This document shows, piece after piece, positions 20,577-29,935 of a DNA stretch of 64,000 nucleotides; position 1 is the first letter of the stretch, and each line of letters opens with the position of its first letter. A program made the translations under genes and the position numbers. The stretch covers positions 32,001-96,000 of the forward strand of contig CAVRKK010000001.1 of NCBI GenBank assembly GCA_963722385.1, given 5' to 3'. The notes beneath the pieces are model-generated. The model ran no database searches and was not told the origin of the DNA. It saw only the letters and a program-made list of their open reading frames with translations. The stretch comes from an uncultured bacterium. GTDB lineage: Bacteria; Babelota; Babeliae; Babelales; Babelaceae.

Positions 20577-20604
20577 TATGAGCCGTAGCTATATAAATGC
20601 GTAT

Positions 20605-20877
20605 CTATAGTGTTAGCACATCCGTATCGCCATATCGGCCAGGCCAAAAGTATCCTCTATCTGGGTAGCCGAAATCATCAACTTCGAATGGCTCACAGGA
20701 CTTTTTTGCGTTTCCCTTGATATCGTAAATTGTTCTGCACCAACCAATTTGGCCGTTCCACCGCATACAATATTGGCCTTCTTTTTTGCAAAGAATAGGT
20801 GCTTGAGGACAATATTTTTCGGCAGAAGCTTGTGCCATTATGCTTAATAGAACAAACAACAGATACTTTTTCTTCAT
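20605..20877 (-). CDS. Small secreted Cys-rich protein
   Basis: MKKKYLLFVLLSIMAQASA signal; 5 Cys. Confidence 0.65.
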   Translation of the reverse strand: MKKKYLLFVLLSIMAQASAEKYCPQAPILCKKEGQYCMRWNGQIGWCRTIYDIKGNAKKSCEPFEVDDFGYPDRGYFWPGRYGDTDVLTL

Positions 20878-20912
20878 AGCCTTTCCCCCTTTATTGCTAC
20901 GATCTTTTTTCC

Positions 20913-21149
20913 TCAATCAATTTTGGGCCCTGTGCCGTGCTCACAAACAAAGCATTTACTGTCCAAAGAGTTATATACTTGGCGACAAAATCCCCACGTT
21001 CTGCCATCCTTCATGAGGCAGGGGTCGCGCTCCTTGCAATCAGTAGATTTTGGTGGCGGCGTAATTATTTCGCACGTACCCTCACGTGCCCAGCACGCAT
21101 TCATGGTTAGGAGTGAGAGAGCCATAAATATTTTCAGTTTCTTTATCAT
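20913..21149 (-). CDS. Small secreted Cys-rich protein
   Basis: GAGG RBS; signal peptide; 6 Cys in the mature part. Confidence 0.65.
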   Translation of the reverse strand: MIKKLKIFMALSLLTMNACWAREGTCEIITPPPKSTDCKERDPCLMKDGRTWGFCRQVYNSLDSKCFVCEHGTGPKID

Positions 21150-21312
21150 AATTTCCTCGGTTGCCAATAAGCCGATTACAATTACATATTAGAAATATTA
21201 TATATGAAAAAGCAAGGCTTTTTTAAGAATTTGGTTAATCTTGTATAAATTAGCATAGATCTCCTCTGCTATCTTTGATAAACTAACACTATACCTTTTT
21301 CTTGTAAGAATT

Positions 21313-24300
21313 ATGTCTCAACATTTTACGCATCTGCATGTGCACACCGATTATTCTTTGTTGGATGGCGCTATAGCGCTTGAGAAGCTTGTTGCCTTTG
21401 GCCAGCATAACAAGTGTCAAGCGCTTGCTATCACTGATCATGGCAATATTTTTGGTGCAGTTAAATTTTTTCAGCTATGCAAGAAGGCCGGCATAAAGCC
21501 GGTTTTGGGTATGGAGGCATATCTTACTGAAGATGTACGCGTTAAAGATGTTACCAATAAGTATTATCACATAATTATTATCGTTGAGAATGCGCAAGGC
21601 TATAAGAATCTTTGCAAGCTTCTCTCATTTGCGTATTCTGATGGCTTTTACTTTAAGCCGCGCATTGATTATAAAATGCTCGAAGCTCATTCTGAGGGGC
21701 TTATTGTCACGTCAGCCTGTTTGGGAGGTCATATTCCCACCTTGCTCATGCAAGAGCAGTATAATCAGGCAGAGCAATGGATTGATTGGTATATGCGGGT
21801 GTTTGGTCCTGAGCGCTTTTACCTCGAAGTACAGCCTGAGGATCAAAAAGACCAAAAACTTTTGAATGACCAGTTATGGCAGTTGAGCGCAACAAAGGGC
21901 ATTCAGGTGGTGGCGACAGGTGACTGCCATTACGTTTCTGCTGATGATCGGGAAGCGCATGAGGTAATGCTGGCTATACAAACGCATCATAAGGTGAGCG
22001 ACCCTGACCGCTTTACGTTTGGTGATTGTCGGGTTCATTTACGTTCAGCGCAAGAGATGCTCGAGGTTTTTAAGGACCACCCCGAAGCCGTTTGGGCATC
22101 AGGTGTTATCGCCGACCGGTGTAATTTTACTTTCGAGACGGGCAAGCTTTTCTTCCCTCAGTTTGAGATCCCGCCAGCTTATACACAAGACAGCTATTTT
22201 AAGCAGTTGTGCGTTCAGGGGTTGCAGTCGTTGATCGATACTCAGCGCCTTGAAAAGAGCAAAGAGGAAGTATACTGGGAGCGTTTGTACCTCGAGGTAG
22301 ATCTGATCATAACGATGGGCTTTGTGGGCTATTTTTTGGTGGTAAGTGATTTTATTCAATGGGCTCGTGTACAGCAGATACCTGTCGGCCCGGGGCGCGG
22401 GTCAGCAGCTGGATCGCTTGTTGCATGGGCCTTGCAAATTACCGATATTGATCCCTTGCGGTACAATTTACTTTTTGAGCGCTTTTTAAATCCTGAGCGC
22501 GTAAGCATGCCTGATATCGATATCGATTTTTGCATTGAGGGTCGTGATCGCGTTATTAACTATGTGCGCCAGCGTTATGGTCATGATAAGGTATGTCAAA
22601 TTATTACCTTTGGTACCATGATGGCTAAGGGCGTTATCAAAGATGTTGCTCGCGCGCTCGGGTTCCCTTTTGAGGATTCCAATGCGCTGACTGATCTGAT
22701 TCCTGACCAGCTTAAAATTACGCTTAAAGAGGCATTGGAGGCTGAACCGCGCCTGAAGAAGCTTATTGAGAGCAATCCGCAAGTTGCCAAGCTTTTTGAT
22801 TTGGCATTCCGTCTTGAGGGCCTAACGCGCCATGCGTCCAAGCATGCTGCAGGCATCGTGATATCGCCAGAGCCTATTTCTGAGGTGCTTCCTGTCTACG
22901 TGCCTCCTAAAACTACTGATCTGGTAACTCAATATGCTATGACGGAGCTTGAAAGTCTGGGCTTTCTCAAGATGGATTTTTTGGGGCTCAAGAACTTAAC
23001 GCTTATCCAACGAGCGTGCGCGCTTATTGAAAAGAATCATAATAAGTTGCTTGATATTCCCTGCTTACCGTTAGAAAATCCTAAGACCTTTGCTCTTTTG
23101 TGCCGCGGCGATACATCAGGCGTATTCCAGTTGGAATCTGATGGTATTAAAGATGTTTTGCGTCGTTTGCAGCCGGAAGTATTTGAGGACATCATTGCCG
23201 TGAACGCTCTTTATCGGCCCGGACCACTTGGCTCTGGTATGGTGGATGATTTTATTGAGCGTAAGCATGGGCGCCAAAAAATAGCGTATATTTTCCCTGA
23301 GCTTGAGCCTGTTCTTAAAGAAACGTACGGCGTTATTGTCTATCAGGAGCAGGTAATGAAGATCGCTTCGGTTATTGCTGGCTACAGCTTGGGCGAAGCT
23401 GATATTTTGCGGCGTGCTATGGGCAAGAAGAAGCCTGAGGAGATGGCAAAGCAAAAAACAATCTTTGTCACGCGCGCGCAGGAGGGCTCATTCGATAAGG
23501 CAAAAGCAGAGCAGCTTTTCGAACTCATGGCCTATTTTGCTGGCTATGGGTTTAACAAGTCCCACTCAGCGGCTTATGCGCTTATTGCGTACCAGACGGC
23601 CTATCTTAAGGCGAATTATCCTGCCGAGTTTATGGCATGCTTAATATCGCTTGAGGCATCGGATGCTGAAAAGATGGCTTTTTATCTTTCCGAGGCGAAG
23701 ACCTCTGGTATTACTATTTTACCGCCCGATATCAATATGTCGCTGATGGACTTTGATGCGGTTCAAAATACCGGTGAGGCGTTATCGGTACGTTTCGGTT
23801 TAAAAGGTATAAAAAATGTTGGCCAGGCGGCGCTTGAAGAAATATTTCTCCAGCGCGAAAAAGGTGGTCCTTTTATCGACATGCTCGATCTTTGTACGCG
23901 TATTGATCTTCGAGTATGCAATAAGCGTGTTTTGGAGAGCCTTATCTGTTCGGGGGCATGCGATGTCTTGCCAGGCAACCGCGCCCAAAAATGTGAGGAG
24001 CTTGGCAAAATTATTGACCGTGCTTTTGAAAAAAAGAGGGCGGCCGAGACGGGCCAGCTTGGTCTTTTCCACGTTGCTTCTTCAGGAGCCGAGAATTTGC
24101 CTGAGCACTATTCTTTTATTCCGCTTGCCGAGTGGCCGGAGCGCGTTAAACTTGAGAAAGAGAAAGAAGTTGTCGGTATATTTATTACGGCGCATCCTCT
24201 TGATAGTTATGCCCAGATGCTCACCTGGCTTAATGTGGTAACGGTGCAGAAACTTGCTGAGCAAGGGTCGTCTACGCAGAATGTGCTTGTGGTCGGCTTT

Positions 24301-24786
24301 ATTAAGTCATCACGGACGATTACGACAAAGAAGGGCGATACGATGGCTTTTATGCAGCTTGAAGATAAATCGGCAACAGCCGAAATCGTTATTTTCCCCA
24401 AGCTTTATGAAAAAGTATCATCGTGGTTGAAAGAGCATATGACATTTGTTATTGATGGTGTGCCTGATAGCGTCAGTAAAGATCTGGTAAAAATTAAGGC
24501 GCAAAGTATTATTCCCTTGGATCTTCTGGTCAAAGATGGCCTAGGCGTAGAGGGGCTCACGCTAACCCTGCCTGCGATGTTCAGCGAGGAGCTTTTGTCG
24601 TGTATCAAGCAAAGCTTTACCGCCGGGCCGACCAAGCTGAGCTTTGTGGTACACGAAAATGGCAAGCGCCTGCGCATCGCATCAAAAGAGAGAATTGCTT
24701 ATTCGGCTACCGTTTGTTCCTCTTTGGCACAGCACGGCATTGCTATCGCCCTTGATGTAAAGAGCGATTTGACGAGAGTTTCTTGA
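21313..24786 (+). CDS. dnaE: DNA polymerase III alpha subunit
   Basis: HLHVHTDYSLLDG PHP domain, GRGSAAGS, PDIDIDF, YGFNKSH and OB-fold. Confidence 0.98.
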   Translation: MSQHFTHLHVHTDYSLLDGAIALEKLVAFGQHNKCQALAITDHGNIFGAVKFFQLCKKAGIKPVLGMEAYLTEDVRVKDVTNKYYHIIIIVENAQGYKNLCKLLSFAYSDGFYFKPRIDYKMLEAHSEGLIVTSACLGGHIPTLLMQEQYNQAEQWIDWYMRVFGPERFYLEVQPEDQKDQKLLNDQLWQLSATKGIQVVATGDCHYVSADDREAHEVMLAIQTHHKVSDPDRFTFGDCRVHLRSAQEMLEVFKDHPEAVWASGVIADRCNFTFETGKLFFPQFEIPPAYTQDSYFKQLCVQGLQSLIDTQRLEKSKEEVYWERLYLEVDLIITMGFVGYFLVVSDFIQWARVQQIPVGPGRGSAAGSLVAWALQITDIDPLRYNLLFERFLNPERVSMPDIDIDFCIEGRDRVINYVRQRYGHDKVCQIITFGTMMAKGVIKDVARALGFPFEDSNALTDLIPDQLKITLKEALEAEPRLKKLIESNPQVAKLFDLAFRLEGLTRHASKHAAGIVISPEPISEVLPVYVPPKTTDLVTQYAMTELESLGFLKMDFLGLKNLTLIQRACALIEKNHNKLLDIPCLPLENPKTFALLCRGDTSGVFQLESDGIKDVLRRLQPEVFEDIIAVNALYRPGPLGSGMVDDFIERKHGRQKIAYIFPELEPVLKETYGVIVYQEQVMKIASVIAGYSLGEADILRRAMGKKKPEEMAKQKTIFVTRAQEGSFDKAKAEQLFELMAYFAGYGFNKSHSAAYALIAYQTAYLKANYPAEFMACLISLEASDAEKMAFYLSEAKTSGITILPPDINMSLMDFDAVQNTGEALSVRFGLKGIKNVGQAALEEIFLQREKGGPFIDMLDLCTRIDLRVCNKRVLESLICSGACDVLPGNRAQKCEELGKIIDRAFEKKRAAETGQLGLFHVASSGAENLPEHYSFIPLAEWPERVKLEKEKEVVGIFITAHPLDSYAQMLTWLNVVTVQKLAEQGSSTQNVLVVGFIKSSRTITTKKGDTMAFMQLEDKSATAEIVIFPKLYEKVSSWLKEHMTFVIDGVPDSVSKDLVKIKAQSIIPLDLLVKDGLGVEGLTLTLPAMFSEELLSCIKQSFTAGPTKLSFVVHENGKRLRIASKERIAYSATVCSSLAQHGIAIALDVKSDLTRVS

Positions 24787-24917
24787 GGCGGCTTATTCGA
24801 TTCTTTTATTTATTCACCAGCTTTCTATATTGCATGGTACGCTGAAATACACCATTGCGTTTATAGGTAAGGTAATCTTGAACATACGGTAAACTTTATA
24901 TCATTTATTTCAAGATT

Positions 24918-25240
24918 TTGTCTTTTATGCTTGTTGCTAGCCAAGGGCATGTAGATTTTGTGAATTACATCATTGGCCTCGATCGTGCCGACAATCTCAA
25001 TCTTAATATGACCTATGCCTATAATCACATAAATTTTCTTCTTAATAACCAAGAATTACAGCATGCAAGCAATACCTATGCCACTATCTATGCTTTACTT
25101 GAGAACTATTATTTTTTCGACATACCAAGAGCGCGTTGAGCAGTCACCTACCGAGTCAACATTATAAATGCTCGGTGCAGGCTTCGAGCTACCCCCATAT
25201 CTTACTACTCGGTTATCGGTTTTATTGTGCAGTATCTAGG
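24918..25240 (+). pseudogene. Degraded C-terminal fragment related to the 50534/52236 ankyrin-like family
   Basis: LVASQGHVDFVNY...INFLLNNQ...YATIYALLENY aligns by eye with IAATQLHIDIVQY...ISNLLRDQ...YLHIQSLLWDY; an ELPP..IGFI remnant follows. Confidence 0.5.
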
Positions 25241-25405
25241 CTTGCATTGCTCCCCTAGCGCTCACCTGGGATATATGAAGTGATCGTGTTATTCAGTTTT
25301 TGCCAAGCACTTGTCAGCTAGAACTCACACAAAATTATTGAAACCCGCAATTATTTTGTATTAAGCTATAAAATGTAATTATAAAATAATTAAAAAGGGG
25401 TTTCT

Positions 25406-25756
25406 ATGAAGCATTGTCTGTTATTGGTTAAAATCTTGGGTGCGTTATGTCTTTATGTGTCCGTTTTCACTTTATCGGCGGCGCCCGCAAAGCCTACGTT
25501 TGGCGACTGGGTAAAAAGTTGGGTGGCCTGGTTTAAAGGTGAATCTAAAGAATTTGCTGAGAAAAAATTGAGCAAGGAAAAGCAAGAGTATTACGGTTAC
25601 GCCGGTCCCGTCAAACATCCGACAGAAGTTGAATATTATGGATATTATGAGAGTAAAAAAGGCAAGAAGCCGGAGCTTTTTGGTTTTTACGGTTATTACG
25701 AAACCAAGCCAGGCGCCAAGCCCCATGAATACTATGAATATTATAAAGGCAAATAG
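25406..25756 (+). CDS. Secreted Tyr/Lys/Glu-rich low-complexity protein
   Basis: Signal peptide; repeated EYYGY-type motifs. Confidence 0.7.
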   Translation: MKHCLLLVKILGALCLYVSVFTLSAAPAKPTFGDWVKSWVAWFKGESKEFAEKKLSKEKQEYYGYAGPVKHPTEVEYYGYYESKKGKKPELFGFYGYYETKPGAKPHEYYEYYKGK

Positions 25757-25777
25757 ATTTTGTATTGAAGGTTATTT

Positions 25778-25999
25778 ATGAAGCAATACTTATTAGTTTT
25801 AATGTTCGCGCTTATTTTTAGCCAGGGGTGTGTTGCTATGCACGTGCATGGACCTCGAGTACATAAAGTATGTGACTCACATAATTTAGGGGAACCGTGC
25901 GAACTTTCGCCTACTAAAACTGGTCGCTGTAAACCTTTAACGGTAGAAACAGTGAGAGGCGAGCGAGCGGTTGTTGCGGGGTGCGTACTTTCTAAGTGA
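25778..25999 (+). CDS. Small secreted Cys-rich protein
   Basis: Signal peptide; C..GEPC..TGRC..C pattern. Confidence 0.65.
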   Translation: MKQYLLVLMFALIFSQGCVAMHVHGPRVHKVCDSHNLGEPCELSPTKTGRCKPLTVETVRGERAVVAGCVLSK

Positions 26000-26080
26000 G
26001 AGGAACTTGTTTGCTTTATGGAACAGTTGTCGATCTTTCGCAGGATGCATATTATTAAGCTGTGAGCATTATTTAAAAAA

Positions 26081-26223
26081 GGCCTGCGCGGCCAGCGGCA
26101 AGCGAGGTTCTCGCAAACCCCCTTGCAACTCGTGCGCCAGGGTTCCCCTGGACCCAATCCAAGCGGCCCTACTCATGCACCTTGCATTCCGAAAGAATGC
26201 GCCGGGCTACTCGGAGGGCCTCA
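26081..26223. repeat. GC-rich multi-hairpin dispersed repeat, copy B
   Basis: Shares ggcctNNgcggccagc, ggttcc..tgg.ccc..tccaa.cggccc and terminal ggcctca with 11631..11829. Confidence 0.65.
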
Positions 26224-26266
26224 TCAGTCTTTTATTTATTAAAGATTTTGGCAAAAAAGATTACCG

Positions 26267-26830
26267 CTATATCTCGCTATTTAGCCTACAACCTATTTTT
26301 GTATAATGGGAAAGCTCTTCCAAGCATTGATCTATTTCTTGCTGATTTTTAAGAACGTAAATTTTTTTGGTATTCTTGTAAGCGTTTAATAATTCGTAGA
26401 TTTTGGGACGGTAATTAGCCTTAAAATCCCATGCCCACTTTAGAAATTTTATAAATGCCCAATTAATTCTTTCGGGGCATTTATGAGCACCGGTGGGCCG
26501 TTCTTGTCCGTAATATTTAATGGCTCGTTTGGTAATCCGCAACAAGCAAGTAAAACGCGGGATGTCCAAAAAAATGATGACATCGGCCCTTTGAATGCGG
26601 TAATCAAGAAGCCGCAGATTCATGCCATCGGTAATCCATTCTTCTTGGTCGCATAGCTCGTTATGAATTTTCTTATACTCTTCGGGGTCTGGTTGCGTCC
26701 AATTGGGTTTCCAGAAATATTTGTCTAAGTGATAAACGGGCAACCTGAGAATCTGAGATAACTTTTGTGCTAATGTTGATTTGCCAGAGCCCGCATTACC
26801 AATAATGGCTATTCTTTTTATATTGTTCAT
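26267..26830 (-). CDS. P-loop kinase, FlaR/topology modulation protein family
   Basis: RIAIIGNAGSGKSTLA, HLD..FWKPNW, WITDG and CPERINW motifs. Confidence 0.85.
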   Translation of the reverse strand: MNNIKRIAIIGNAGSGKSTLAQKLSQILRLPVYHLDKYFWKPNWTQPDPEEYKKIHNELCDQEEWITDGMNLRLLDYRIQRADVIIFLDIPRFTCLLRITKRAIKYYGQERPTGAHKCPERINWAFIKFLKWAWDFKANYRPKIYELLNAYKNTKKIYVLKNQQEIDQCLEELSHYTKIGCRLNSEI

Positions 26831-26957
26831 GACTCTTAAACCGCGATATAGAATAATTTTATAATAACCATGTTAGACAGATTGTCAAACCTGCCATTTT
26901 TTCTCTTGACTGCTTTTGACCCAAGTCGTTATGTTGAATAAAAAGTGATGGGCTGAC

Positions 26958-27956
26958 ATGGTAAAGCGGAAATCAGCAGTTGCGCAAGGAACCCGTATAT
27001 CTGAGCTTTTGAGAAGATGGGGACATGCAGTATCTCTTGGTCTCTATAATCCTGATTGCCTATTTTTTGAAGTGCCAGGTATTGAGGGGGTAATCGGGTA
27101 TCGTCTCATAGCTCGATGTGCTGTTGTATATGGTAATCCTGTCTGCCAACCTTATGACATGGGGCGGTTGATGAAGGCATTCGATGATTACTGCAGGGCG
27201 CGGGGTTATCGCGTTGTATATGTTGCTGCTTCTGCGGCTTGCCTGAGCTGGCCCCATACTCAAAGTCACTATGGGATCCTTGAGATTGGCACCGAAATAA
27301 TTCTTGATCCTGCTGACTGCCCCAGACATGCTACGGGCAGGCGTGCCAGTGTTCTACGCAATAAGTATAATCAGTCATTGCGGGCAGGTCTCACGGTTGC
27401 CGAATATTGTGGCGGTGATGGTTTACTCGAAGAGGCGCTTGAACAGTTAGGTAAAACGTGGCAGCAAAATAGGCCTCGGCGCCAGCTCTACCTGTATCCT
27501 CTTGACCTATTTTTAGACCGTGCAAATAAGCGCTGGTTTTATGTAACTCATAAAGACCATTTGGTTGCTGCGCTGATGCTGAACAGGCTTGATTGTTATG
27601 ACGGATGGGTGATTAATATGTTGATGCTTACGCCGATGGCTCCCGCCACGACGTCTGAATTTTTGGTTATGTCGGTGCTCGATATATTAGCCGAGGAAGG
27701 GTGTCGCTTTTTTTCTATTGGGTCGTTACCCGGCTCTCCCTTACGTGCCGTAAAAGGATTCTCGCCGCGTTATCTCAGCAGTGTTAATCTTTTTTACGAA
27801 AGAATGCATCAATGGTTTTCGCTCCATGACCGCCAACGTTATTGGCAAAAATTTCAACCGCGCCAAGAGCCATCATTTCTTCTATTAAATAGGCGTTATT
27901 TTGGCGTGCGCGAGATGATAGCTCTTTTGCGAACATTTAGTATGCGCTTATTTTAA
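26958..27956 (+). CDS. Stand-alone MprF C-terminal-like (DUF2156) aminoacyltransferase domain protein
   Basis: VVYGNPVC, IGTEIILD, LRNKYNQ..RAG, AP..TSEFL and YWQKFQP motifs; no flippase TM domain. Confidence 0.75.
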   Translation: MVKRKSAVAQGTRISELLRRWGHAVSLGLYNPDCLFFEVPGIEGVIGYRLIARCAVVYGNPVCQPYDMGRLMKAFDDYCRARGYRVVYVAASAACLSWPHTQSHYGILEIGTEIILDPADCPRHATGRRASVLRNKYNQSLRAGLTVAEYCGGDGLLEEALEQLGKTWQQNRPRRQLYLYPLDLFLDRANKRWFYVTHKDHLVAALMLNRLDCYDGWVINMLMLTPMAPATTSEFLVMSVLDILAEEGCRFFSIGSLPGSPLRAVKGFSPRYLSSVNLFYERMHQWFSLHDRQRYWQKFQPRQEPSFLLLNRRYFGVREMIALLRTFSMRLF

Positions 27957-28013
27957 GCACCGGGGGAAAAGAGACTCTCTTGAGATCTGCTAGGGTTTAG
28001 ACCTCTGGCAAAG

Positions 28014-29276
28014 CTATTGAAGTGATTTATCATGTGGCTGCTCATATGCCTGTTGGTATAAAAATGGTATATTTTGAAAACTGAGGCGAATTGCGCCCTC
28101 CTGGTTTTGAGCTGTCCTTTGGTCGTTTGAGAGCAGGCCGGCAATAGATCCATAACCATTTTGACGAGCATAATCAAGTGGAGTGAAACCAAGAGTGTCG
28201 CGAATTTGGGGATTGGTTAGCGGATGGCTGAGTAAGGCTGCTACCATACCAACATTGTTGCGTAAAGTAGCGAGATGGAGCGCGGTATAGCCGGCTGTAT
28301 TCTGAACATTGGTGTTAATTCGATAGTCCCATAAAAGCAACCAAGTTAATTCAAGGTTATTCATGGTTGCTAAACGGTGCAAAGCAGTAGTTCCGCGATG
28401 GTCTTGAGCATTGGGATCTGTTTGATGGTCATTAAGCAGTATTTTTACCTTTTGAATATCATTGTTTAATACAGCGAAGTGTAGGGGTAAAAGCATGCTT
28501 TTTATAAAATATTCATGCTCTAATTGGGAAATTTTATCGTCGATTGGATCTTTGGTTAAATCTATAATGGGCGGTTGTTGTACGCCTGAGTCTTCTGTGC
28601 CGATATGCTCTAATGCTTCTGCAACGCTAGCAGTCTGGCAAAGTTCCAGCGGTCTGGGCGATAGGTTGTTCAAATTCTGGCTGCCGGGTGCTTTTCTCGG
28701 GCGAAATGACTTGGCACCGAGGCGGTAGAGCTGTCTAACGGCATCTCTGTTGTTAGCATCAGATGCAATCGCTAAAGGAGACATTTGGTCATTATTTAAG
28801 CTATTGAGAGCACTAATTGTTGTTCCTGAAATCAGCTTTTGTACGCTCAATATTTTTATGACCCCTGCTCGGTTATGTGGTGCCGCTAGATGAAGGGGGG
28901 TATTGCCATAGTTATCCCTTGCTAGAAGCATTTTTACGTGTTTATCATTGTTGTGCAAAAAGCGCTCAATGAGCTCAGCATTACCCTCTATTGCCAAATA
29001 ATGAAGTAACGTACGGCCCTGAATATCTCTTTGTTCCTGAAAATTATACCCGAGCGATAGCAACGTCGTTAAATAAGGGATGCCTTCACGGATAATGTCA
29101 TGAGCCAATTCTTCGAACAAAAAAATTTGGCTAGGTTCTTGTTCGGTATCATCTAATATTTCAATTATGTTATTCTGATCAGGGTTCCAAGAATCGGGTT
29201 TTTCCATGCCCAACAAATATGAGGGGAAGGAGCAAAAAAAGAGGGTGAGGCCGAAGTAATAGGTACCGAATTTCAT
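28014..29276 (-). CDS. Secreted ankyrin-repeat protein
   Basis: GRTLLHY, GNTPLHLAA, GTTALH, GYTALHLA and GFTPLDYA repeats; signal peptide followed by MEKP. Confidence 0.92.
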   Translation of the reverse strand: MKFGTYYFGLTLFFCSFPSYLLGMEKPDSWNPDQNNIIEILDDTEQEPSQIFLFEELAHDIIREGIPYLTTLLSLGYNFQEQRDIQGRTLLHYLAIEGNAELIERFLHNNDKHVKMLLARDNYGNTPLHLAAPHNRAGVIKILSVQKLISGTTISALNSLNNDQMSPLAIASDANNRDAVRQLYRLGAKSFRPRKAPGSQNLNNLSPRPLELCQTASVAEALEHIGTEDSGVQQPPIIDLTKDPIDDKISQLEHEYFIKSMLLPLHFAVLNNDIQKVKILLNDHQTDPNAQDHRGTTALHRLATMNNLELTWLLLWDYRINTNVQNTAGYTALHLATLRNNVGMVAALLSHPLTNPQIRDTLGFTPLDYARQNGYGSIAGLLSNDQRTAQNQEGAIRLSFQNIPFLYQQAYEQPHDKSLQ

Positions 29277-29513
29277 AAGCTTTTTTAAATCTAAAAATTA
29301 TTTACAGTCTTTATTAATTATAGTTAAAAATGATTATAAGTCAACAAATATGGTACTTATCTATAATACTTATAGTAATTTTGAAAAGACGGGGTCAGCT
29401 TTGATTATAGGGTTATTATTCGCTTGCATGCTGATTTTGTAAGCAGGTTGCGAATTGGCCTAGGGGATTCATTCAGGAAGTAGCTTTATCCTAAGAGTCT
29501 ATATAAATAACCC

Positions 29514-29542
29514 TTGACACAAAAGTAATACTTGTATTACTT
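29514..29542 (+). promoter_or_regulatory. -35 box and palindromic operator of the AbrB/MazE antitoxin gene
   Basis: TTGACA at 29514; palindrome aagtaatac-tt-gtattactt at 29523..29542. Confidence 0.6.
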
Positions 29543-29578
29543 GATTACTATAAAGCTATCATATACAAGTTGTTGTCG

Positions 29579-29806
29579 ATGAGAAATTCTAAATTAACTT
29601 CGAAATGTCAAGCAATTATCCTAAGGAAAAAGCTACAATTTAAACCAGGTGATGCAATTTCATTTTATGTAGGGTCGAATGGTTCGATTATTATAAAAAA
29701 AGCTATGTATTTTGATAATGCTTATGCTCGAGCATTAAATGGTTTGTTAAGTGAATGGGAATCAGAAGAGGATGAACTAGCTTATGAAGATTTACAAATC
29801 ATATAA
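29579..29806 (+). CDS. AbrB/MazE/SpoVT antitoxin
   Basis: SKLTSKCQ..I..LRKKL..KPGD.I.F motif; acidic tail LSEWESEEDELAYEDL. Confidence 0.8.
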   Translation: MRNSKLTSKCQAIILRKKLQFKPGDAISFYVGSNGSIIIKKAMYFDNAYARALNGLLSEWESEEDELAYEDLQII

Positions 29807-29873
29807 AGCTTACGACGTTATTCTCACACCTTTTCCCTTTACCGATAGCGAGCTTGCATTTCAGCCCGGATAG
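29784..29873 (+). pseudogene. Truncated PemK/MazF toxin
   Basis: Overlapping 29-aa ORF MKIYKSYKAYDVILTPFPFTDS... matches a PemK N-terminus and then stops. Confidence 0.7.
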
Positions 29874-29935
29874 TCCTTGCTATTTTTTCACGAATATAGT
29901 AATTCTAGAACAAGCACTTAAAAAAGGAGAGAGAA

